From the NCBI RefSeq assembly GCF_009914755.1, contig NC_060927.1: 64,000 nucleotides of DNA; one strand, written 5' to 3'. Under the pieces are notes generated by a model. That model was not told where the DNA came from and searched no databases. It saw only the letters and a program-made list of their open reading frames with translations. Both the position numbers and the translations under genes were made by a program. This stretch comes from the human T2T-CHM13v2.0 reference genome, Homo sapiens. Shown here piece by piece: positions 17,523 to 32,560 of the stretch (position 1 is the first letter of the stretch; each line of letters opens with the position of its first letter).

Positions 17523-17588
17523 GAAAGTCTTTATTTATCCTTCATGTTTAAAGGATGTTTTCATCAGGTATTCTATTCTAGGGTTTAA

Positions 17589-18338
<750 letters not shown>

Positions 18339-20040
18339 TAACTGCTTTTAGGATTCTTTCTTTATCCTTGACTTTTGGGAGTTCGATTATCAAATGCCTT
18401 GAGGTAGTCTTCTTTGGATTAAATCTGCTTGGTGTTCTATCACATTCTTATACTTTAATATTGATATCTTTCTCTAGGATTAGGATGTTCTCTGTTATTG
18501 TCCCTCTGAATAAACTTTCCACTCCTGTCTCCCTCTCTATCTCTTCTTTAAGGCCATAATACTCTGAGATTTGCTCATTTGGGGCTATTTTCTAGATATT
18601 ATAGATGTACTTCATTCCTTTTTATTCTTTTTTCTTGTGTCTCCTTTGACCATGTATTTTAAAATAGTCTATCTTCAGGCTCACTAAGTCTTTCTTCTGC
18701 TCAATCAATTTTGCTGTTAAGAGACTCTGTTGCATTCTTCAGTATGTCAATTGCATTTTTCAGCTCCAGAATTTCTGCCTGATTCTTTTTAATTTCAATC
18801 TCTTTGCTAAATTTATCTGATAAAATTCTAGTTTCCTTCTCTGTGTGTCTTAAATTTCATTGAGTTTCCTCAAATCAAGTATTTTAAATTCTCTGTCTGA
18901 AAGGCCACATTTTCCTGTGTCTCCAGGATTGGTCCTTGGTGCCTTATTTAGTTCATTTAGTAAGGTCATGTTTTACTGGATGGTCTTAATGCTTGTGGAT
19001 GTTTGTCAGAGTCTGGGCATTAAAGAGTTAGGTACCTATTGTAGTCTCTGTAGTTTGTGCTTGTTTGTACCCATCCTTCTTGGGAAGGTTTCCCAAGTAT
19101 TTGCAGGGACCTGAGTGTTGTGATCTATGTTTTTGTGTCACTACAGCCATATCTGCATTAGTGAGTACCCAGAACTCAGTAGTGCTCTTGGAGACTCGTA
19201 GAGGTACAGTCTTGATGGTCTTGATTAAGATCCAGAATTATCTGAATTACCAGGCAGAGACCCTGTTCTTGTCCCTTACTTCCCCCCAAACAAATGCAGT
19301 CTCTCTCTTGGCTGAGCTGCCTGGAGCTGAGGAAGGGATGACACAAGCACCCTTGTGGCCACCACCATGTGCTGGGTCAGACCTGAAGCCAGCACAGCAC
19401 TTTGTCTTGCCCAAGGCCTGATGTAACCACTGCCTGGCTACTGTCTATGTTTCCTCAATGCCCTAGGGCTCTGCAATCAGCAGGTGAAGAAGCCAGCCAG
19501 GCTTGTGTTCTTCCCTTAAGGGCAGCAAACTCCCCCAGGCCCTGGGCAGGTCTAGAAATGCAGTTGGGAGCCCAGGATTTGAATCAAAAACTTCAGAAAT
19601 CTATCTGGTATTCTATTCTACTGCATCTAAGCTGTCCCTCAAACCACAAGACAAGGCCCTTCCCCTTGCACCCTTAACTTACCACAGTCAGAGGAGCCTC
19701 TCCCAGTGGCTACCACCACCACTGGTCCAGTAGGAGTTCTGACGGGCCACCGCCAATGTTCACTTAAAGCCCAAGCCTCCTCAGTCAGCTTGTGGTGAAT
19801 GCTGCCAGGTCTAGGACTCGCCCTTCAAGGCACTGGTCTTCCCCTGGGGTAGATTCACTTTCAGTCTATGTGTGTCTATGTAGGTGAAGTGTTATTTTTG
19901 TAGATTGCCCAGGGCAGGCTCAGAAATGGCATCCAAGAGGCAAGGTCTGGAATTGGGGACCCCCAAGAGCCTGCTTGGTTCTCCACCCCACTGTGGCTGA
20001 GCTGGTACCTGAAGCACAAGACAAAGTCCCCTTTATTCTT

Positions 20041-20318
20041 TTTTTTTTTTTTTTTTTTTGAGGAGTCTTGCTTTTGTCCACTGGGCTGAAGTGCAATGGT
20101 GTGATCTTGGCTCACTGCAACCTCCGCCTCCCGGGTTCCAGCAATTCTCCTGCCTCAGCCTCCTGAGTAGCTGAGACTACAAGCACCTACCACCATGTCT
20201 GGCTAATTTTCATATTTTTCGTGGAGATGGGGTTTCACCATTTTGGCCAGGCTGGTCTCAAACTTCTGACCTCAGGTGATCCACCCACCTCGGCCTCCCA
20301 AAGTGCTGGGATTACAGG
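20041..20318 (-). mobile_element. AluS, slightly 5'-truncated
   Basis: TSD caaagtcccctttattctt (20022-20040) / caaagtcccctttactctt (20319-20337). Confidence 0.95.
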
Positions 20319-21309
20319 CAAAGTCCCCTTTACTCTTACCCCTGCTTTTCTCAAGCAGAAGGAGTCTCTCCTCATAGCCATGTTGGAATGTAGTAGGTCA
20401 TACCTAAAGCCAGCACATCTCAGCGTCTCACCCAAGGACCATGGCATGTGCTACCCGGCTACTGCCCCTGATTATTCAGGGCACAAGCGCTCTTTAGTCA
20501 GCACGTGATGAATCCTGGCAAGACTGGGTCCTTTTCTTCATGGCAGCAACATTTCTTGGGCCCAGAGTGTGTCCAGAAGCATTGTCCAGGTGCTAGGGCC
20601 AAGAATAGGAGACTTACAACTCTGCCTAGTGCCCTAGCCTACTGTGGCTTAGCTGGTAACCAAGATACAAGACAAAGTTTTATTTACTCTTCCCTCTCCT
20701 CATATGGAAGGAAAAAGTCTTTCGGTGCCGTGAGCTACACTGCCTGGGGTTCGGTGAAGGGTAGCACAAGCACTTCTTTATCCACCCTGACTGGTGTTTC
20801 ACTAGGTCCTGTGTCCCTGAAGTCCACTGGCTCTGAGCCTAACACAGCATTAAGACTTGCCTAGGAGTTGCAGTCCTTGTGGCCTGGACTGCCTTTCAAG
20901 TTTATTTAGAACCCCAGAGCACTTTAGTCCAGAGTGGTGAGGCTTGCTGGAACTCAAGTTCCAACCACTCAGATGAGTGGTTCCCATCTGGCTAGGACGG
21001 TTTAAATGCTCCCTCCATGGGCACCAGCTAAGTTCTGCCCTGTGTTGCTTTCCACTGTGACTGGGTAGTACTGAGTTCCAATGCAAAGTCCCATAATTGC
21101 TGCACTCTCCCTCCTCCAAGTGCACAGAGTCTTCATGGTACACAGCCACTGTGAGGATGGGGGAAGGGTGACATCAGCAATTCAAGACTGTCTATCCTAC
21201 CCTCCTCAGTGCCTCTTTCAGTGACATGAAGTTAATACCAGGTACTGTGATTGTTCACATGATTTTTAGTTCTTATGAAGGTGATATTTTAGTGTAGGTA
21301 GTTGTTGAA

Positions 21310-21820
21310 TGTGGCTGACTGCCACAGTTACTACTTGAGACCATCACTATGACAGTTACTACTGTTACTACTTAAGACCATCATTACAAGACTGAATGAA
21401 GGGGGACGTATGCAGAAATGAAAACTTAAGACAAAAGTAACTATTTTAAAGGAAAGGTAACATGTGGAAGAAGAAGAGAGATGAAGAGGGCTCCCTGCTT
21501 CTAGTGAGCAAAGGCAGCCACCTGAACCTCTACAGCCCTTCGTATTTATTGGGTAGAAAGAGTAGGGAGGAGGAAATAATGACTGATCAGCTGCTTAATT
21601 GATCAGAGGTTCACATTGTTGCTAACAGGCTTCAGATGTGCTTAATCACAAGAAACACTTGTGCCTGGGGCGTGACTGCCCTCATCATTCCTTCTGGGTG
21701 ACAGACACAGTTTGTCAGTTTTCCAACATCCTGCTTTCATAGAACAGTTTGCTGTTTACTCATATAACCTCCAGTGGTATACTGAGTTGATCACGATCCT
21801 CACTCCTTCAGCCTGCAACA
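21310..21820 (-). mobile_element. Solo ERVK LTR (LTR3 family, HML-6-like)
   Basis: TG...CA termini, 6-bp TSD gttgaa/gttcaa, minus-strand AATAAA, 'gatcaactcagtataccactggagg' motif on the minus strand. Confidence 0.75.
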
Positions 21821-22565
21821 GTTCAATTGCGTGTTCTTGCAGGGAGGATGATCAGTGGAGGCTTCCATTTTGCCATTTGCTCCTCCTCCCCAGAAGTCAA
21901 GTTCGTGATTAAATTTTGATTATTTATATTTTTCTATTGATTTTTCCACTTTACATTGCCAAATATATTAACATAATGAATTTTATTTCTTCTATTAATA
22001 TAATTATGTGTAGTTTTTTGTTTCTAATGACATTTGTGACTTATCTCTTCTCGTGTTTTTTGACTTGGCAAAATTTTTCCATTTTATTGTTTTCTTGGAA
22101 GAATACTAGTTGTTTATTGAAGCACTGGATTTTTTATATGTTTTTATTTTATTAATTTCAGTCTTTAACTTCTATTGATTTCTGTCTTCTACGTTTTTAG
22201 GCTTATGTATTGTTCTTTTTTTGACTTAAATATTTATTTACTTTATGTAGTACTTATTTTTTTCCAAGGAGTTAATTTAAGACTACAAATTTTCTTTGAA
22301 TAATGCTTTGGCTAAATTCAACAGGTTTTTATATGTGCTTATTGCTAGATCATCTATAATGTCAATTTGATTTCTTCTTCTTTAATATAGGAATTATTTA
22401 GAATACTTTTTGTTAACATTCAAGTGTAGAGATTTTAAATTGCGGTGTGCACATACTTATAATTAGTTATTGTAATTAGAATAAATAATTTTTAAAATGT
22501 GGCTTTTATGAGGTCTACTTTGGAGAATGTGTTGTCTTCTATGTAGTCTAATACATGGACAATTT

Positions 22566-22833
22566 ATTTTTTTATTTATTTTTATTATACCTTAAGTTTT
22601 AGGGTACATGTGCACAACATGCACGTTTGTTACATATGTATACATGTGCCATGTTGATGTGCTGCACCCATTAACTCGTCATTTAACATTAGGTATATCT
22701 CCTAATGCTATCCCTTCCCCCTTCCCCCACCCCACAACAGGCCCCGGTGTGTGATGTTCCCCTTCCTGTGTCCATGTGTTCTCATTGTTCAATTCCCACA
22801 TATGAGTGAGAACATGCGGTGTTTGGTTTTTTG
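22566..22833 (-). mobile_element. Short 5'-truncated L1PA (PA3-5-like) 3' end
   Basis: Primate L1 3'UTR; perfect 17-bp TSD taatacatggacaattt at 22549-22565 and 22834-22850, at a TTT/AAAA-type endonuclease site. Confidence 0.95.
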
Positions 22834-22885
22834 TAATACATGGACAATTTAAAAAATACATTCTAGAGGTGATCAAAAAAGAACT

Positions 22886-23273
22886 TGTCACGCACATCTG
22901 TGTGAAGAGATCACCAAACAGGCTTTGTGTGAGCAATAAAGCTTTTTAATCACCTGGGTGCAGGTGGGCTGAGTCCAAAAAGAGAGTCAGCAAAGGGAGA
23001 TAGGGGTGGGGCAGTTTTATAGGATTTGGGTAGGTAATGGAAAATTACAGTCAAAGGGGTTGTTCTCTGGCGGGCAGGGGTGGGAGTCACAAGGTATTCA
23101 GTGGGAGAGCTTCTGAGCCAGGAGAAGGAATTTCACAATGTGATGTCATCAGTTAAGGCAGGAACCAGCCATTTTCACTTCTCTTGTGATTCTACAGTTG
23201 CTTCAGGTCATCTGGATGTATACTTGCAGGTCACAGGAGATATGATGGCTTAGCTTGGGCTCAGAGGCTGACA
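22886..23273 (-). mobile_element. Solo HERV-H LTR (LTR7 family)
   Basis: Reverse complement begins 'tgtcagcctctgagcccaagctaagccatcatatc'; TG..CA ends; 5-bp TSD gaact at 22881-22885 and 23274-23278. Confidence 0.9.
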
Positions 23274-23774
23274 GAACTATTCTATGTTGAATACAGTGTT
23301 GTACATATATGTGAATGTTTCATCAGTCTTAATTGTGTTGTCCATGTACTCTATGTTCTTATTCATTTTTTATCTACCCAATCTTTTAATTTCTTTAAAA
23401 AGATGTCTTAATTCCCCTTTTATGAATGTTAATCTGATAATTATCTTTGTTCTTCCAATAAATTTTCTATGTTTCAAGATAATTTTTGGTATATTATCTA
23501 TGTGCTTTTTGCTCTTGGTAATGTCTTCTTTCCCCGTTTTTCTTCCTCCCTTCAAACCAGACCTTAGATCTTTCTTGCCTCAAGGGAGGAAAACTGCTAC
23601 AGAAAAGAAAACAGAAGAAAATAAAATTCAATATTAGAGTTGAATGCTTTTGAGTTGTACATGCCTGCATTTCACAAACCTAACTTATGATGTATTACAG
23701 TCCCTAAGCTATGTAATAGATTTGCAAGAATTATGATGTTTTAATAGCTAGTTTTTACTATCTCAGACTAAATG

Positions 23775-25996
23775 CAGGTATACTTTGGAGATATTGCAGG
23801 TTTAGTTCCGGACCACCCCAATAAAGTGAATATCTCAGTAAAGTGAGTCACATGAATTTTTTTGTTTCCCAATGCGTACAAAAGTTATGTTTACATTAAA
23901 CAGTAATCTATTTTGTGTGCAATATATTACGCCTAAAACATATACATACCTTAATTTTAAAATACTTTATTGCTAAAAAATTCTAATGATCACCTGAGCC
24001 TTCAGTGAGTCGTTTTCTTTTTGCTGGTGGAGAGTCTTGCCTGCTGTTAATGGCTGCTGACTGATCAATAAGGTTGTTGCTGAAGGTTGAAGTGGCTGTG
24101 ACAATTTCTTAAAGTAAGACAGCAATTACATTTATCATATAGATTGGATCTTTCACAAAAGACTCCTCTGTAACATGTGATGCTATTTGATAGCATTTTA
24201 CCCACAGTAGAACTTATGTCAGAACTAGAATCAGTACTCTCAAACCCAGCTGCTGCTTTTTCAACTAAGTTCATATAATATTCTAAATCCTTTGCTCTCA
24301 TTTCAACAATCTTCACAGCATCTTTGCCAGAAGTAGTTTTCATCTCAAGAAACCACTTTCTTTGCTCATCCATAAAAAGCAACACCTCATCTGTTCAAGT
24401 TTTATTATGAGATTTCAGCAATTTCATCACATGTTCAGGCTTCACTTCTAATTCTAGCTTTCTTGCTATATCTACCACATCTGCAGATACTCCCTCTACT
24501 GAAGTCTTGAAGGCCTCAAAGTCATCTATGAGGGTTGGAATCAACTTCTTCCAAACTCCTATTATTGTTATTTTGACCTCCTCCCATGACATCTAAAATG
24601 GTGAATCTTTTCCAGAAAATTTTCAATTTACTTTGCCCACATCCATAAGAGAAACCACTATCAATAGCAGCTACAGCCTTACAAAATGTATTTTTTAAAT
24701 AATAAGACTTTAAAATTACTCTTGATCCATGAACTGCAGAATGGATGTTTAGTGGGCCTGAAAACAATATTCATCTCCTTAAACATCTCCATCAGAGCTC
24801 TTGGGTGACTAGGTGCATTGTCAATGAGCAGTAATATTTTGAAAGGAATCCTTTTTTCTGAGCAGTAGGTCTCAACAGTGGACTTAAAATATTTATTAAT
24901 CCATGCTGTGAACAAATGTACTGTCATCCAGGCTTTCTTGTTCAATTTATAGGGCACAGGTAGCATAGATATAACATAATTCTTAAGAGCCCTAGGATTT
25001 TTGGAATGGTAAATGAGCGTGGGTTTCCACGTAAAGTCACCAGCTGCATTAGCCCCTAACAAGAGAGTCAGTCTGTCCTTCACAGCTTTGAAGCTAGACA
25101 CTGACTTCTCTTAGTTATGAGAGTCCCAGATGAAATCTTCCAACATATGACTATTTCATCTACACTGAAAATCTATTTAGTGTGGCCACTTTATCAATTA
25201 TCTTAGCTGGATAATTTGTTGCAGCTTCTATATTACCACTTCCTGGTTGCACTAATATATTATGAAGACAGCTTCTTTACTTAAACCTCATGAACCAAGC
25301 TCCTAGCTTCAAAATTTTCTCCTGCAGCTTACTTACCTTTCTCAGCCTTCATAGAATTAAAGAGAGTTAGGGCCTTGCTCTGGATTAGGTTTTGGCTTAA
25401 GGTAATGTTGTGGTTGGTTTGATTTATCTAGACCACTAAAACTTTCTGCATATCAGCAATAAGGCTGTTTCACTTTCTTATCATTCATATGTTTACCAGA
25501 GTAGCACTTTTAATTTCCTTCAAGAACTTTTCCTTTGCATTCCCAGTTTAGCTAACGGGTGCAAGAGCCCTAGTTCCAGCCTGTCTTGGCTTTTGACATG
25601 GCTTCCTCTCTAAGCTTCATCATTTCTAGCTTTTGATTTCAAGTGAGAGATGTGTGGCTTTTCCTTCCACTGGAGCACTTGGAGGACACAGCAGGTTTAT
25701 TATTTGGTTTAATTTCAATATTTTTGTGTCTCAGGGAATAAGAAGGACAGGTGGAGAGATAGGGAAAGGACGAGTTGGAGGAGCAGTCAGAACACACACA
25801 ACATTTATCGGTTAAGTTTGCCATCTTATATGGGCAAGATTTATGGCACCCCCCAAAATTTACAATCATAACATCAAAGACCACTGATCACAGATTAGTG
25901 TAACAGATATAATAATAAGGAAAAAGTTTGAAATACTGTGTGAATTGCCAAAATGTGACATAAAAACATGAAGCGAGCACACGCTCAATAAAATGA
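23775..25996 (-). mobile_element. Tigger1 DNA transposon (near full length, defective)
   Basis: Terminus 'caggtatactttggagatattgcaggttt'; pogo/Tigger transposase fragments on the minus strand. Confidence 0.93.
24065..25620 (-). pseudogene. Tigger1 DDE transposase remnant (multiple stops and frameshifts)
   Basis: ORF fragments [13 protein letters not shown]...KAWMT...[11 protein letters not shown] and MDEQRKWFLEM. Confidence 0.9.
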
Positions 25997-26075
25997 ACCA
26001 CAGTGGTCAGGACTCAAAGTGATTTCAATGAACTGGAGTGCTAGGATATCTAGCTAAGATACCAGCAGGTTCAAG

Positions 26076-26240
26076 CTGGGTACAGTGATGCATGCCTGTA
26101 GTTGCAGCTACTGTAGAGGTTGAGGCAGGATGATCGCTGGAGCCAAGGAGTTTGCACAATGATCACACCTACAAATAGCCACTGCACTCCAGCCAGGACA
26201 ACTTAGCAAGACCCTATCTCTAAAACAAACAAACAAAAAT
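26076..26240 (+). mobile_element. FAM / free Alu monomer
   Basis: Monomer with 7SL-derived 'aatagccactgcactccagcc'. Confidence 0.75.
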
Positions 26241-26253
26241 CCCACAAAATTTA

Positions 26254-26590
26254 GCAGGAACCAATTCAAGTTGTATAGGGCCTGAAGCCTATAGAATTTG
26301 AAATACCCTCTTTAACAACAACAAAATACAACATTATGAATAACGACAAAAAAGAATCAAGTACAAAAGTAAATATTTATTAGCATGGGAAAGAAATCAC
26401 CACAGTCTTGGAGTTATGTCCCTTTATTCAGAGAAGCTTACTTTAAAATATTTCTTGATTATAATCTAGTTTTTATTCCCCACCTAGAACACTCTACAAG
26501 TCCCAGAATCTCTCAGCATTCACAGAGGCCATACGAATGAAAGACCCTGAAGCTTAAGCTTTATTAGCTTCAGAGTATAACTACCTCTGG
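26254..26590. mobile_element. Non-autonomous hAT-like DNA transposon (MER53-like)
   Basis: 'gggcctgaagcctatag...' and 'ccctgaagcttaagctttattagcttc...cctctg' termini. Confidence 0.5.
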
Positions 26591-26639
26591 CAAAAGTTCT
26601 ACATTTATGTTAAAATAATTAAATTTTATTTTTAAAATA

Positions 26640-26980
26640 GAGAATGAAGAGAGCCTGACTTTGAGACACTTGTGTTAAAAAAAAGTCAGGGGAATTTTCT
26701 TCAATCACAATCTTCCTGTACATTAATATTATGACAGTAAATAAAAGCGGGCCAGCTTAGGCAAGGAATATTCTAACTTTAACATATGCATTAGCCAAAT
26801 AACTTCGGGGAGTTCAAATTGAAAAAGAAACATTGGCAAAGCACAGCCATCTACTAAGGGAAGCAGATAATATGACGAGAGAGATTCTTGCCATATGAGG
26901 AAAGGACTACTGAAAGAACTGAAGTGTTTGGCTTTGGGAAGTAAATGCTGCTGGGAGAGAGCTGATGAGCAGCCGTGTGC
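26640..26980 (+). mobile_element. L3/CR1-like ancient LINE fragment
   Basis: 'catatgaggaaagg...tgaaagaactgaagtgtttggcttt' resembles the L3 3' region; appears to resume after the L1 at about 28395. Confidence 0.45.
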
Positions 26981-26982
26981 CA

Positions 26983-28392
26983 CTTCAAACTATACTACAA
27001 GGTTACAGTAACCACACTGTATGACACTGGTACAAAACAGACACATAAACCAATGGAACAGAATAGAGAATGCAGAAATAAGAACACATACCTACAACCA
27101 TCTGATCTTTGAAAAACCTGACAAAAACAATGGGGAAAGGATTCCCTATTTAATAAATGGTGCTGGGAGAACTGGCTAGACAGATGCAGAAAATTGAAAC
27201 TGGACCCCTTCCTTACACCTTATACAAAAATTAACTCAAGATGGATTAAATACCTAAATGTAAAACCCGAAAGTATCAAAACCCTAGAAGAAAATCTAGG
27301 CAATACCATTCAGGACATAGGCACAGGCAAAGATTTCATGACAAAAACGCCAAAAGCAATTGTGACAAAAGCAAAAATTGACAAATGGGATCTAACTAAA
27401 TGAAAGAGCTTCTGCACAGCAAAAGAAACTATCATCAGAGTGAACAGGCAACCTACAAAATGGGAGAAAACTTTTGCAATCTATCCATCTGACAAAGGTC
27501 TGATATCCAGAATCTACAAAGAACTTAAGCAAATTTACAAGAAAAAAAAAACATTAAAAAGTGGGCAAAGGATATGAACAGACACTTCTCAAAAGAAGAT
27601 ATACATGTGGCCAACAAACATGAAAAAACTCAACATCACTATCTTTAGAGAAATGCCAGTCAAAACCACAGTGAGATACTGTCTCATACCAGTCAGAAAG
27701 GCGATTATTAAAAGTCAAAAGACAATAGATGCTGGAGAGGTTGTGGAGAAAAAGGAACGCTTTTACACTGTTGGTGGGGGTGTAAATTAGTTCAACCATT
27801 GTGGAAGACAGTGTGGCAATTCCTCAAAGATTGAGAGGCAGAAATATCATTTAACCCAGCAATCCCATTACTGGGTATATACCCAAAGAAATATAAATTA
27901 TTCTGTTATAAAGATACATGTACACATATGTTCATTGCAGCACTATTTACAATAGCAAAGACCTGGAATCAACCTAAATGCCCATCAATGATAGACTGGA
28001 TAGAGAAAATGTGGTAGATATACACCATGGAATATTATGCAGCCATAAAAAGGAAAAGGATCATCTCCTTTGCAGGAACCTGGATGGAGTTGGAAGCCAG
28101 TATCCTCAGCAAACTAATGCAGGAACAGAAAACCAAACACTGCATGTTCTCACTTATAAGTTGGAGCTGAATGGTGAGAGCACATGGACACATGGGGTGG
28201 CAGGAACAACAAGATTGGGTGGGAGGAGGGGGAGCATCAGGAAGAACAGCTGATGGATGCTGGGCTTAATACCTTGGTGATGGCATGAGCTGTGCAGCAA
28301 ACCACCATGTTACATGTTTACTTATGTAACAAAGCCGCACATCCTGCACATGTACCCTTGAACTTAAAATAAAAGTTGAAGGAAAAAAAAGA
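26983..28392 (+). mobile_element. 5'-truncated L1PA (PA10-like)
   Basis: ORF2 C-terminus ([18 protein letters not shown]), 3'UTR and A-tail. Confidence 0.93.
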
Positions 28393-28464
28393 AGACTTAC
28401 TCCTATTGTTCTAGAGAAAGAAAGAGTGAGAGTTGCAAGCAGCCGATTTCAACCCAAGGTAAGT

Positions 28465-28670
28465 CAATTCAATTCAATAAGTATTTATGATGTCTAGTAT
28501 TTGCCAGAAATGTTTTCCGGCACTGGAGATAAAGCAGTGACCAAAATGGACAAAAGTTCTCCTCTCATCGAGTTTACATTAATGCAAGAGAGATAAACAA
28601 TAATACATAAATATATAATATGTCAAGTGTTGAGGTGATGATGTACCCTGAGAAGAAAAATACAGCAAAG
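28465..28670 (-). mobile_element. L2 3' end
   Basis: 'attcaataagtatttatgatgtctagtatttgccag...'. Confidence 0.55.
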
Positions 28671-28699
28671 TACCAGCAACAGTGAATTGAGAACAAAAT

Positions 28700-30930
<2,231 letters not shown>

Positions 30931-31137
30931 CGAAAATAGGCTGGCACCTGAGTTTCTTAGAGTAATCCAAGACGAGTTAGGGCTGTGGGTGAAAGATTGA
31001 GAAAACACTACACTTATGAGACAAGAGACTGGGAATCCAGGAGGAAAGATAGTCAAGGAGAAATTCACAGTAGCTGGATTGCCTAAAGGTTTTTAAAGAA
31101 CAGAGTATTTAATGTTCACTTTAAAATTGTGTTCTAT

Positions 31138-31604
<467 letters not shown>

Positions 31605-31820
31605 TAAAATTGTTTTCGATGCTACAATTTGCTCTAACCACTCTGTGACTCCATCTCCACCACCAATTTTATTGTTCTCAAGCCATCAGTAAAGTTTACA
31701 ACACCCCAAAAACGCAGGGTAAGGAAACAGTGATGGAGTAAGATGAAAGAGGGGCTATGTCATTTATGAGATAGGAAAGCCAAAGGAATACCTCTCTGAA
31801 TGGAGAGCAAAAGAAGGGAG

Positions 31821-32062
31821 GGATCACAAGGTTAGGAGTTCGAGACAAGCCTGACCAACATGGTGAAACCCCATCTCTACTAAAAATACAAAAATTAACC
31901 AGGCATAGTGGCATGCACCTGTAATCCCAGCTACTCAGGAGGCTGAGGCAGGAGAATCGCTTGAACCTGGGAGTCAGAGGTTGCAGTTAGCCGAGATTGT
32001 GTCACTGCACTCCAGCCTGGGTGACAGAACAAGACTCAGTCTCCAAAAAAAAAAAAAAAAAA
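31821..32062 (+). mobile_element. 5'-truncated AluS (Sg-like)
   Basis: 'gatcacaaggttaggagttcgagac...' through poly(A). Confidence 0.92.
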
Positions 32063-32560
32063 GAGGGAGAAGAGAGCTCCAGACTGAGAGAAGGAAATGC
32101 AAAGGTCCAACACAGGGTATGCTGGGCACATCCAAAGACCAGCAAGGAAACCAGTATGTGTGAAGACAAGGAAGCTGGTAGAGAGATCAGAGACACAGCC
32201 AGGACCCACATGATGATGGCCTTAATGGGCCATGAAATTTACTGAATTTCACTCTGAGACAGGAATCCATTACAGACATGGTTTTGAGCAGGGAAATGAC
32301 CGAATCCAATTTTATTTTTAAATGTGTCATTGCAGTTGCTTTGGGAAGAACAGCCTGTAGGAAGGCAAGGTCAGTGCAGGAAAACCAGATAGGAGGTTTT
32401 CTAAGAGAAAGATGATGCCAGCTTGGATAGGGCTGGTAGTGGTGGAGGTAGGAAAAAGAGGTTGAGTCTGGATGTATTTTGAAAGTCAATCCATCAGGAC
32501 TTGTAGATGGGTTGGAGATAGTAAGTGAGGAAAAGAGAGGCATCAGAGGTGTCTCAGTAA
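32063..32560 (-). mobile_element. L2 fragment
   Basis: Purine-rich antisense L2 motifs ('gggccatgaa...ttttgagcagggaaatgac...tctggatgtattttgaaag'). Confidence 0.7.

Noticed and set aside
24065-25101. Possible domesticated TIGD/CENP-B-like transposase gene
   Set aside because: Broken into several frames by stops and frameshifts inside an ordinary Tigger1 copy.
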